From Candidatus Hermodarchaeota archaeon (GTDB lineage Archaea > Asgardarchaeota > Hermodarchaeia > Hermodarchaeales > Hermodarchaeaceae): a stretch of 11,052 nucleotides of DNA. The stretch spans positions 1 to 11,052 of the forward strand of contig JAEOUH010000025.1 in NCBI GenBank assembly GCA_016839365.1. Direction: 5' to 3'. The position numbers and the translations under genes are program-made. Shown here piece after piece: positions 1-7,564 of this stretch. Position 1 is the stretch's first letter, and every line of letters begins with the position of its first letter. The notes under the pieces were generated by a model. That model was given only the letters and a program-made list of their open reading frames with translations, did not search any database and had not been told where the DNA came from.

Positions 1-2
1 AG

Positions 3-317
3 GATGGTAAACTGGCCATACAAGGCGCCTTTGAAGGCCATGGGAGCCTGAAACATGTCTTCATCGTTGATAAAGATATTAACATATATGACCCCCTCGA
101 CGTGGAATGGGCGATGGCTACTCGTTTTCAAGGCGACGTAGACATGATTGTAAAAGACAAAGAACGAGGAAGCAGCCTTGATCCCAGTTCGGAGCCAGGA
201 ACTTACTTGACAACAAAAATCGGCTTCGATCTCACCCATCCGTTGAAAACCGAAGGAAAAAATTTCGAGAAAGCCAGTTTCCCCAAAGTCGACCTAAAAC
301 GATTCATTCGGGAGTAA
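3..317 (+). CDS. UbiD-family decarboxylase, C-terminal part (probable anhydromevalonate phosphate decarboxylase); 5'-truncated by the window edge
   Basis: The frame is open from base 3: [43 protein letters not shown]...GSSLDPS...TTKIGFDLT, the typical UbiD C-terminal motifs. The ORF-track start at 102 is an internal Val. The specific function is inferred from the adjacent AcnX pair and fni. Confidence 0.9.
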   Translation, partial: DGKLAIQGAFEGHGSLKHVFIVDKDINIYDPLDVEWAMATRFQGDVDMIVKDKERGSSLDPSSEPGTYLTTKIGFDLTHPLKTEGKNFEKASFPKVDLKRFIRE

Positions 318-325
318 CGCAGACC

Positions 326-1516
326 ATGAAGTTAACCCATCTTCAGAAAGAAATGCTTGATGGAAAACACGGATACGCTACCCAAAAGAGCATGGAAATT
401 CTCAATGCACTTGGCGAAATATTTGATGCTGAAGAAATGGTCCCAGTCACCTCCGTGCAAATTGCTGGAGTCAGCTATGCCAATCTCGAGGAACCCGGAC
501 TAGACTGGCTCGCTCAGATGGCCAAAGACGGGCGCGTCCGGGTATTAACCACCCTCAATCCTGCCGGAATGGATCTGGAGAATTGGAAAGTATTAGGGAT
601 TGATTCTGAGTTCGCGAAGAATCAGGAACGGGTGGTCGATGCCTTTGCTAAGATGGGCATCATTACAACTTGTACATGTACCCCTTACCTGGTCGGCAAC
701 CTCCCACATTTCGGAGAACACATCGCCTGGGCTGAAAGCAGTGCAGTGTGTTTTGCCAATTCAGTGATTGGCGCAAAAACCAACCGCGAAGGAGGACCCA
801 GCGCCTTAGCAGCCGCTCTGACTGGATACACCCCCGAATACGGCTATCATCTCGACCAGAACCGTCAAGCCCAAATCGGATTCACAGTTAAATCTTCGAT
901 TTCAGGCACTGCCCAGTTTGGCACCCTAGGGAAAGCCATTGGTGATATCCTTGACTCAAATACAGAGTGGACCATCCCCTACATCACTGGCATTCCCCGT
1001 GCAAATACTGATGAACTTAAAGCATTCTGTGCATCCATCGCCACGTACGGAGGTAACGCCCTTTTCCATATGGAGGGATTAACCCCAAACAAGACGAAGA
1101 TCCCTAAGGAAACCATCACAATAACGGAAGAGGACCTAGAAAAAGCCGAGGGAGCGCTCAACGAAGAAGATGCCGCCATTGATTTTGTGAGTATTGGTTG
1201 TCCCCATGCTTCGCTACAAGAAATCCAGTATATCGCTAAACTCGTTGAGGGCAAGCAAGTGAAAAAAGAGACATGGATCACGACAGCACGACCCACCAAA
1301 CAAGTCGCCGACCGCATGGGGTACACCCAAACCATCGAAGCAGCCGGAATCAAATTTGCCTGTGACACCTGCTGTGTAGTTGCTCCAATCAAAGGTCGAT
1401 TTACTGGATTATGCACCGATTCAGCGAAAGGCTGCTACTATGGCCGTGGACGCAATAAATTCCAGACGAAACACTGTTCATTAGAAGAATGCATCGAGGA
1501 GGCGCTGATGCAATGA
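326..1516 (+). CDS. Aconitase X catalytic subunit (DUF521), probable phosphomevalonate dehydratase large subunit
   Basis: Motifs TTLNPAGMD, TCTCTPY, AWAESSAV, TNREGGPSAL, IGCPH and DTCCVV (three Fe-S Cys ligand motifs), and TDSAK. Confidence 0.92.
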   Translation: MKLTHLQKEMLDGKHGYATQKSMEILNALGEIFDAEEMVPVTSVQIAGVSYANLEEPGLDWLAQMAKDGRVRVLTTLNPAGMDLENWKVLGIDSEFAKNQERVVDAFAKMGIITTCTCTPYLVGNLPHFGEHIAWAESSAVCFANSVIGAKTNREGGPSALAAALTGYTPEYGYHLDQNRQAQIGFTVKSSISGTAQFGTLGKAIGDILDSNTEWTIPYITGIPRANTDELKAFCASIATYGGNALFHMEGLTPNKTKIPKETITITEEDLEKAEGALNEEDAAIDFVSIGCPHASLQEIQYIAKLVEGKQVKKETWITTARPTKQVADRMGYTQTIEAAGIKFACDTCCVVAPIKGRFTGLCTDSAKGCYYGRGRNKFQTKHCSLEECIEEALMQ

Positions 1517-1908
1517 CCAAGAAATTCGAGGGACGAAAAATCTCGCCTGGTTCAGTTGACGGTGAAGCTTTAGTCACCAGTCAAGGGATTTCCTTCTATG
1601 GAGGGGTAGATCCTAAAACAGGGGTCGTTGTGGAAAAAGACCATGAGCTGGAAGGCCAATCTGTCACTGGCAAGGTACTCGTCTTTCCCAGCGGAAAAGG
1701 ATCAACCGTTGGATCCTATGTCCTGTACCAACTGGCCAAAACGGGTAAAGGTCCAGTGGCAATAATCAACAAACAAACAGAAACGATTGTCGCCGTTGGC
1801 TGTATCATTAGTGAAATCCCAGCCGTTGATAAAATTCCCATTGACCAAATCAAAACGGGGCAGCAATTACGGGTTGACGCCACAAATGGTGTTGTCGAAT
1901 TCATCTAA
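1513..1908 (+). CDS. Aconitase X swivel subunit (DUF126), probable phosphomevalonate dehydratase small subunit
   Basis: Motifs ISFYGGVDPKTG, GKGSTVGSYVLY and ETIVAVGCII. The start is placed at the ATGA overlap (1513-1516) with the upstream stop; GGAGG lies at 1498-1502. Confidence 0.92.
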   Translation: MTKKFEGRKISPGSVDGEALVTSQGISFYGGVDPKTGVVVEKDHELEGQSVTGKVLVFPSGKGSTVGSYVLYQLAKTGKGPVAIINKQTETIVAVGCIISEIPAVDKIPIDQIKTGQQLRVDATNGVVEFI

Positions 1909-1967
1909 CGAATAACCCCAATAAAAAATTCACAAATTACTCACACAGGTTCCGGGAGGAGCTGATA

Positions 1968-3116
1968 TTGGTAAAAACCCAGTCAAAAACGAAATCAAAG
2001 GCAAAGGACACACTCACTGAAAGTCGCAAACTAGAACATATTCGTATCTGTTTAGAAAGTGAAGTGGAATCCAGCATTCCCACAGGATTTGATGATATTA
2101 CCTTAGTCCATAATGCAGTTCCTGAATTGAACCTAGACGATGTAGATGTCCGAACCACCTTCCTTGGATATGAACTACAAGCCCCTCTAATGGTCACGGC
2201 CATGACTGGTGGGCATCAGGAAGCTCTACCACTTAACAAGCATATTGCCAAAGCTGTTGAATCGCTAGGACTTGCTATGGGCGTTGGGAGTCAACGCGCT
2301 GCCGTTGAAGATGCCAGTCTAGCCGATTCTTTTACGGTCACCCGCGAACATGCTCCGACAGCCTTTCTCGTTGGAAACATCGGGGCTCCACAGTTATCAT
2401 TGGGTTGGGGGGTAGACGAGGCGCAAACGGCGATTGACATGATTACCGCCAATGCGCTTGCTATCCACTTTAACGCCGCGCAGGAAGCTGTTCAGCCAGA
2501 AGGTGAAGCGACCTTCGCTGGCGTGCTCCGATCTCTCAAGCAACTGGCCACAAAGCTCTCCACCCCTCTCATTGCCAAAGAGACCGGAGCAGGTCTAAGC
2601 CAAAGTTCTGCTAAAGCCCTGATGGCGGCCGGTGTCAAAGCGCTAGACGTTGCAGGACTCGGAGGGACCAGCTGGCCCAAAGTCGAAGTGGAACGCGCTA
2701 AACCAGGAGATACCATGAAGGCTACGCTCGGTCGTTGGTTTACCGATTGGGGGATACCCACGGCCGTAGCAACTTTTGAAGTGGCGTATCATGTGAAGAA
2801 ACGAATCCCCGTCATCGCATCTGGAGGAATCCGGACAGGTATTGATATTGCTAAGGCCATTGCTATTGGAGCAGACCTTGCTGGTGTCGCTCTACCAGTC
2901 CTCTCTCCTGCTGTCATCGATGCACAAGCGGTTCAACTCTTCCTTGCGAGTCTGATCCACGGTCTTAAAGCCGCAATGTTTCTTGTTGGTGCTTCCAATC
3001 TCAAAGAATTAGCCCAGGCCCCCTTAGTCATCACTGGACAGACCCGAGAATGGCTTGAATACCGCGTCTATCAAGAACTTGTAGAATTTCAGGCTGACCG
3101 ACGTATCCACAAGTAA
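1968..3116 (+). CDS. fni: Type 2 (FMN-dependent) isopentenyl-diphosphate delta-isomerase
   Basis: Motifs RKLEH, MTGG, GVGSQR, HFNAAQEAVQPEG, KETGAG, GGTSW, WGIPT and ASGGIRTG. TTG start with GGAGG just upstream. Confidence 0.96.
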   Translation: MVKTQSKTKSKAKDTLTESRKLEHIRICLESEVESSIPTGFDDITLVHNAVPELNLDDVDVRTTFLGYELQAPLMVTAMTGGHQEALPLNKHIAKAVESLGLAMGVGSQRAAVEDASLADSFTVTREHAPTAFLVGNIGAPQLSLGWGVDEAQTAIDMITANALAIHFNAAQEAVQPEGEATFAGVLRSLKQLATKLSTPLIAKETGAGLSQSSAKALMAAGVKALDVAGLGGTSWPKVEVERAKPGDTMKATLGRWFTDWGIPTAVATFEVAYHVKKRIPVIASGGIRTGIDIAKAIAIGADLAGVALPVLSPAVIDAQAVQLFLASLIHGLKAAMFLVGASNLKELAQAPLVITGQTREWLEYRVYQELVEFQADRRIHK

Positions 3117-3141
3117 AAAACGGGCAATCGGACTATGAGAA

Positions 3142-3156
3142 GAAAAACCTTTAAAT
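3142..3156 (+). promoter_or_regulatory. BRE/TATA promoter of the rpl7ae-rps28e-rpl24e unit
   Basis: GAAAAACC-TTTAAAT matches a purine-rich BRE followed by an archaeal TATA box, in the intergenic region about 100 nt before the rpl7ae start. Confidence 0.75.
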
Positions 3157-3227
3157 GTCGAGTTGTTTGCTACACTGTCGCCGCAGCCACGGGTCGATAA
3201 ATTACCGGCTGTTGGTATCGACAAGAC

Positions 3228-3250
3228 CCGATGAATACACCATGAGGTGT
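3228..3250 (+). promoter_or_regulatory. Putative L7Ae-binding k-turn/k-loop overlapping the rpl7ae Shine-Dalgarno
   Basis: CC-GAU-GA-A...U-GA-GG gives a short C-stem, a 3-nt bulge ending in U and tandem G.A/A.G pairs. Its 3' strand is the SD GAGGTG (3244-3249). Confidence 0.6.
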
Positions 3251-3255
3251 TCTTG

Positions 3256-3624
3256 TTGTCAAAAGCACATGTTAAATTCACAGCACCAAAAGAACTCCAA
3301 GATATTGCATATGAAATAATCGAGGTTGCCCGGGATACCGGCAAGGTCCGTAAGGGAACCAACGAAACCACCAAAGCCGTTGAACGAGCAATCGCGAAAT
3401 TCGTCGTCATTGCTGAAGATGTAGATCCCCCAGAAATCATCTTCCATCTTCCCGTTATGTGTGAAGAGAAGAACATTCCATACATCTATGTTGCCAGCAA
3501 AACCAAAGTGGGCAGCGCCCTCGGAATTGACGTTCCCTCTGCCTCTGCCGCGGTCATTGAACCAGGGGATGCGCAGAAGCTCATCGCTGACCTCGTTAAA
3601 AAGTTGAAGGACATACAAAAATAG
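3256..3624 (+). CDS. rpl7ae: Ribosomal protein L7Ae (eL8)
   Basis: GKVRKGTNETTKAVER, IAEDVDPPEI and CEEKNIPY. The start is probably TTG at 3256 (MSKAHVKF), 6 nt after SD GAGGTG; the ORF-track GTG at 3247 lies inside the SD. Confidence 0.97.
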   Translation: MSKAHVKFTAPKELQDIAYEIIEVARDTGKVRKGTNETTKAVERAIAKFVVIAEDVDPPEIIFHLPVMCEEKNIPYIYVASKTKVGSALGIDVPSASAAVIEPGDAQKLIADLVKKLKDIQK

Positions 3625-3647
3625 GCACCACCACGGGTGAGAGATAA

Positions 3648-3863
3648 ATGAGTTCAGAAGACTTGGGTATTCCTGCTGAAGTCGTCCAGGTTGTGGGACG
3701 AACCGGTCTCACTGGTGAAATCATCCAGGTCCGGGTCCGTGTACTGGAAGGTCGTGATACAGGCCGCATTCTCACCCGAAATGTCAAAGGTCCGATCAGC
3801 GAAGGAGATATCTTGCTTCTACGTGAAACAGAACGCGAAGCACGGAAGATACGAACTCCATAG
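3648..3863 (+). CDS. rps28e: Ribosomal protein S28e
   Basis: [22 protein letters not shown] and [16 protein letters not shown] at 3636-3640. Confidence 0.97.
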   Translation: MSSEDLGIPAEVVQVVGRTGLTGEIIQVRVRVLEGRDTGRILTRNVKGPISEGDILLLRETEREARKIRTP

Positions 3864-3885
3864 AACTTCAAACCTGGGATTATGA

Positions 3886-4302
3886 ATGGTTAAAAAATAT
3901 ACTTGCACTTTCTGTGGTACCGATGTTGAGCCAGGCACAGGGTCCATTTATGTGAGAAACGATGGGTCACTGTACTACCTGTGTTCGAGCAAATGTCGGC
4001 GAAATCAAATTCTTTTAAAGCGACGGCCTAGGCGGCTAAAATGGACCGAAGTGTATGAGGAACGAATACGTCGTCGAGCACAAGCTGCGAAGAAGGGCAG
4101 AGCAAAACCCACTCCCAAAGCGAAGAAAGCAGAGACGAAGCCCAAAGCTGACGCCAAAGAAAAACCCTCAAAACCAAAAGCGAAACCGAAGGCTAAGACG
4201 ACAACTAAGAAAGAAGCCAAGGCAACTGAAAAGAAAACTGCTTCAAAATCTAAAACAAAGAAACCAGCAAAGAAGTCTAAATCCAAGCCCGAATCCAAAT
4301 GA
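3886..4302 (+). CDS. rpl24e: Ribosomal protein L24e with long Lys/Ala/Pro-rich C-terminal extension
   Basis: Zinc-binding core CTFCG...PGTG...DG...CSSKC...PRRLKWT; conserved position after rps28e. Confidence 0.95.
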   Translation: MVKKYTCTFCGTDVEPGTGSIYVRNDGSLYYLCSSKCRRNQILLKRRPRRLKWTEVYEERIRRRAQAAKKGRAKPTPKAKKAETKPKADAKEKPSKPKAKPKAKTTTKKEAKATEKKTASKSKTKKPAKKSKSKPESK

Positions 4303-4310
4303 AATTAGCC

Positions 4311-4334
4311 TTCATTTCTTTGCTCATTTTCTTT
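4311..4334 (+). terminator. Probable oligo-T terminator between convergent rpl24e and ndk
   Basis: TTCATTTCTTTGCTCATTTTCTTT immediately follows the rpl24e stop. Confidence 0.5.
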
Positions 4335-4360
4335 GATCCATTCTAGCTGATGGTAGTATT

Positions 4361-5032
4361 TCAACGGTCACTATCACGGTCTAAATCCATATTTCCCAAA
4401 ATAGCGTTGGCAAGTGTGCTCAGCTCCGCTTCCATCCAGTCTGGGCATTCCTCAATCAGCAGCTCAGTGATTTCAGATTGGTAAATATCTCGATTCAGGT
4501 ATTCGCGAGCATAATCCTGACAAATCTGACGAATTTGTTCCGTGGCCACGATTGGGGTTTCCAACCATTTGGCAATATAAGCGTTGATTGCTTCAAATCC
4601 ATCTTGGCTCAGGTCCAACTGGGCTTCCTTTTGCCAAAGGGCAATTTCCTTTTCTGCGTTGGCAGGTTCGTCGGAGGCATGGGCTACATTCACCCCGCCA
4701 ACAATTCCATATTTTCCGCGAAGACTATCTGGGCTAGCTTTCTCAACAAAGGTGGCCCCCAGAACTTCTCGGAGACGGGCAACAATATCTTCACCTTCCA
4801 GGACGGTTGCCAGAACATTACCCACTTGGATGAATTGCAACAGCCACGGATAGAAGAACTTGCCTTCATGAACGGCGTAGTGTTTTTCAGCTAAATGGGA
4901 CGGAACCGCTATTTCTAGGAAGCCTTTCAACTTGGCATCTGGCAGAGCATTGAGGATTTGTTCAAATACCGCTGCTCCTACGCCTCTTCGCATAGTGGCA
5001 TCAGGTTTTAGAATAAGTAGAGTTTGTTCCAT
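4361..5032 (-). CDS. ndk: Nucleoside diphosphate kinase with ~90-aa C-terminal extension
   Basis: TLLILKPD, HYAVHEGKFFY, LEG, R..LGAT, SLRGKYG, NVAHASD (catalytic His) and EIALW. ATG at 5032 (MEQTL) lies 7 nt after GAGGTG on the minus strand. Confidence 0.9.
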   Translation of the reverse strand: MEQTLLILKPDATMRRGVGAAVFEQILNALPDAKLKGFLEIAVPSHLAEKHYAVHEGKFFYPWLLQFIQVGNVLATVLEGEDIVARLREVLGATFVEKASPDSLRGKYGIVGGVNVAHASDEPANAEKEIALWQKEAQLDLSQDGFEAINAYIAKWLETPIVATEQIRQICQDYAREYLNRDIYQSEITELLIEECPDWMEAELSTLANAILGNMDLDRDSDR

Positions 5033-5054
5033 GGGAGCACACCTCGAATGGCAC

Positions 5055-5066
5055 ATTTAACTTTTC
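5055..5066 (-). promoter_or_regulatory. Possible BRE/TATA promoter for ndk
   Basis: The minus strand reads GAAAAG-TTAAAT, ending about 22 nt before the ATG. Confidence 0.5.
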
Positions 5067-5123
5067 ACACAAAAAGGCTTCTCTCAGTGAAGAAACTCTT
5101 TGTTCTGCGATTTCCAGGGACAT

Positions 5124-5136
5124 AAGCCTTAAATAG
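5124..5136 (+). promoter_or_regulatory. Probable TATA promoter for aIF5B
   Basis: AAGCC-TTAAATAG in the divergent intergenic region, about 70 nt before the start. Confidence 0.6.
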
Positions 5137-5203
5137 CGCAGACCTGTCGAAGCAAACTAAAGCGCTACCCACTGGTAAAAACGCGTTTGAGAAGGTGTCG
5201 TCG

Positions 5204-6985
5204 GTGCCCATCCGCCAACCCATTGTCACCATGTTAGGTCATATTGACACGGGCAAAACCAGTCTCCTTGACAAAATCCGAGGTACTGGAGTCCAAGCCC
5301 GTGAAGCCGGGGGCATCACTCAACAAATCGGGGCTAGTTTCTTTCCCTTATCCACGGTAAAAGAACTGGTTGGCCCCCTCATGAAGACTTTCAAGCGGGA
5401 ACTGACCCTCCCAGGTCTTCTGATAATTGACACACCTGGTCATGCTGCATTTTTCAATTTACGAAAACGGGGGGGTGCAGTAGCGGATATCGCAATCCTG
5501 GTCGTCGACATTGTTGATGGACTCCAACCGCAAACCTACGAGTCACTGCGCATTCTCCGAGCCCGTAAGACTCCATTTCTTATCGCCCTGAACAAAGTGG
5601 ATCGACAACCTGGCTGGAAACCTCAAGATACCTGGGTCATCACTGAATCACTCAAAGCCCAATCGGAATTTGTCAAAGGGGAGCTAGATAAGAAGATCTA
5701 TGAAGTCATGGGCGACCTATCGCGTGAAAACATTCAATCTGATCGCTACGATCGCATCAGAAATTTCGCTAAAACTGTGGCGATTGTCCCGACAAGTGCT
5801 AAAACCGGGGAAGGATTATCCGAACTCCTCTTAGTGCTAATCGGGCTTGCTCAACAGTTCCTCGAAGAACAACTACAGACTACCAAAGGTCCCGCGAAGG
5901 GCGTCGTTCTGGAAGTTAAGGAGGAACCAGGGCTCGGCGTCACGGTTGACACCATCATCTATGACGGAGTTCTCCATCAGGGCGATACCATTGTTGTAGG
6001 CGGACTACCGGAACCTATAACTACACATGTTCGCGCCCTGCTGATGCCCAAGCCCCTCGATGAAATTCGTGATCCCCGTGAACGGTTTTCACCAGTCAAA
6101 GAAGTAGTTGCTGCCGCGGGTATCAAGATTGCAGCCCCCTACCTGGATGATGCGATTGCTGGATCCGGTCTATTCGTAGCCAATTCTGACGACGAGGTCG
6201 AATCCATTAAGGAACGCATAACTCACGACATGGAAGCCGTTCGGATTGAAACTGACAAAATCGGCGTGTTACTAAAAGCTGACACGCTAGGATCATTAGA
6301 AGCCCTCATCGATTACCTCAAGGGGCGGGAAATTCCCATTCGCCGCGCAGATATCGGCGACATTTCGAAGAAGGAAGTGAAGGCTGTCTCTACGGTTTAT
6401 GAGAACGATCCCTTCGTTGGCGTCATATTAGCTTTCAATGTAAGACCCCTACCAGATGCAGCCAAGGAAGCCGATGAGTTAGGTGTCCCAATCTTCCAGA
6501 GCCAAATCATCTACGATTTGGTGGACCAGTATGAGAACTGGGTCTCAGATAAGCGACGAAAACTGGAGGAGGCAATGCTTGAAGAACTCATTTTTCCCGG
6601 AAAGTTCGAAATTCTCCCAGGCTATGTCTTTCGACAGAGCAATCCTGCTGTCGTTGGCGTGAAGGTACTTGCCGGACGCATTAGTGCCAAAAGCAATCTC
6701 ATTACCCCTGACAACCGTCGGATTGGCTCAATTCAGCAAATTCAAGATAGCGGCGAGACAATTTCCACAGCTCGTATTGGTGCTGAAGTCGCTGTGTCCA
6801 TTCGTGGAGCCACGGTGGGTCGCCAAATCGATGAAGGCGATATTCTCTATATCGATTTACCCGAGGGCATGGTGATACGACTCAACCAGGAGTTCAAGGA
6901 TAAACTCTCAGCCGATGAACAGGAATTGTTGCAAGAGTTCTTGGAACTGAAACGCAAGCACGTGCAACCTTTTTGGGGCGTCTAA
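5204..6985 (+). CDS. infB: Translation initiation factor aIF5B (IF-2)
   Basis: RQPIV..LGHIDTGKT, EAGGITQQIGA, DTPGH, NKVD, SAKTGEG, KADTLGSLEAL and VFRQSNPAVVG, ending in FWG. The start is probably GTG at 5204 (MPIRQP) after SD AGGTG at 5193-5197. No intein-sized insertion. Confidence 0.97.
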   Translation: MPIRQPIVTMLGHIDTGKTSLLDKIRGTGVQAREAGGITQQIGASFFPLSTVKELVGPLMKTFKRELTLPGLLIIDTPGHAAFFNLRKRGGAVADIAILVVDIVDGLQPQTYESLRILRARKTPFLIALNKVDRQPGWKPQDTWVITESLKAQSEFVKGELDKKIYEVMGDLSRENIQSDRYDRIRNFAKTVAIVPTSAKTGEGLSELLLVLIGLAQQFLEEQLQTTKGPAKGVVLEVKEEPGLGVTVDTIIYDGVLHQGDTIVVGGLPEPITTHVRALLMPKPLDEIRDPRERFSPVKEVVAAAGIKIAAPYLDDAIAGSGLFVANSDDEVESIKERITHDMEAVRIETDKIGVLLKADTLGSLEALIDYLKGREIPIRRADIGDISKKEVKAVSTVYENDPFVGVILAFNVRPLPDAAKEADELGVPIFQSQIIYDLVDQYENWVSDKRRKLEEAMLEELIFPGKFEILPGYVFRQSNPAVVGVKVLAGRISAKSNLITPDNRRIGSIQQIQDSGETISTARIGAEVAVSIRGATVGRQIDEGDILYIDLPEGMVIRLNQEFKDKLSADEQELLQEFLELKRKHVQPFWGV

Positions 6986-7128
6986 TTTCTCCATCCCCTT
7001 CTCTTCTGCTCTCTACTCATTTGATGGTAAGATTGATAAGCGCTAATCCTATGCTACGAATTCATCATTGCCTTCCCTACTAAATGGAAGGTATAACTGA
7101 TTCAGTACCAAAAATTGAGGTCTCTGTT

Positions 7129-7524
7129 ATGACACGTATCCGTTTAGTCATCGGTGATCCCCAGAGCGGAAAGACCATCCAGCTAGAACTCAGTGAGCAG
7201 CGTAGCCGTCTCCTTCACGGCAAAATCATTGGTGAAGTTGTTGATGGTGATCCTTTAGGCTTCGGGGGCTATCAATTCAAAATCACTGGCGGCAGTGATG
7301 GAACGGGAACACCCATGCGACCGGATGTCCACGGTGCAGTCCGTAAACGTCCACTGCTGACTGGAGGGATTGGATACAAGCCTAAAACCCACGGAGAACG
7401 CCGTCGACGACGGGTTCGTGGCAATGAAATCACCGATGAAATCGTACAGGTCAATGCCAAAATCATTACCCCAGGGCCCAGGCCCCTTCTTGAATTAATT
7501 GAACAAAGCACCACTTCCTCATAA
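7129..7524 (+). CDS. rps6e: Ribosomal protein S6e
   Basis: GKIIGE, KITGGSD..G.PMRPDV.G, GERRRRRVRGN and QVN. ATG at 7129 follows GAGGT at 7117-7121. Confidence 0.96.
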   Translation: MTRIRLVIGDPQSGKTIQLELSEQRSRLLHGKIIGEVVDGDPLGFGGYQFKITGGSDGTGTPMRPDVHGAVRKRPLLTGGIGYKPKTHGERRRRRVRGNEITDEIVQVNAKIITPGPRPLLELIEQSTTSS

Positions 7525-7564
7525 GAATTAAACATAGAAGTCTCCTAAGAGATGACGAGTTATC

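Noticed and set aside
979-2761. Antisense ORFs at 979-1416, 1716-1904, 1937-2203 and 2492-2761
   Set aside because: They are shadows of well-conserved plus-strand genes and have no recognisable motifs.
3024-4336. Overlapping ORFs at 3024-3485, 3259-3618, 3596-3871, 3691-3885, 4005-4298 and 4055-4336
   Set aside because: They are alternative-frame or antisense shadows. The hydrophobic Phe/Leu/Ala-rich 4005-4298 ORF is simply the reverse complement of Lys/Ala codons, not a membrane protein.
4478-4894. Plus-strand ORFs in the ndk slot (4478-4894, 4584-4853)
   Set aside because: They have no NDK or other motifs, and the minus-strand gene carries the full catalytic set.
6986-7128. Possible ncRNA or upstream ATG (7084) in the aIF5B-rps6e spacer
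   Set aside because: Only a pyrimidine-rich terminator-like tract and a weak TATA-like TTGATAAG are visible, with no convincing stem, tRNA or C/D boxes. The SD and family N-terminus favour ATG at 7129.
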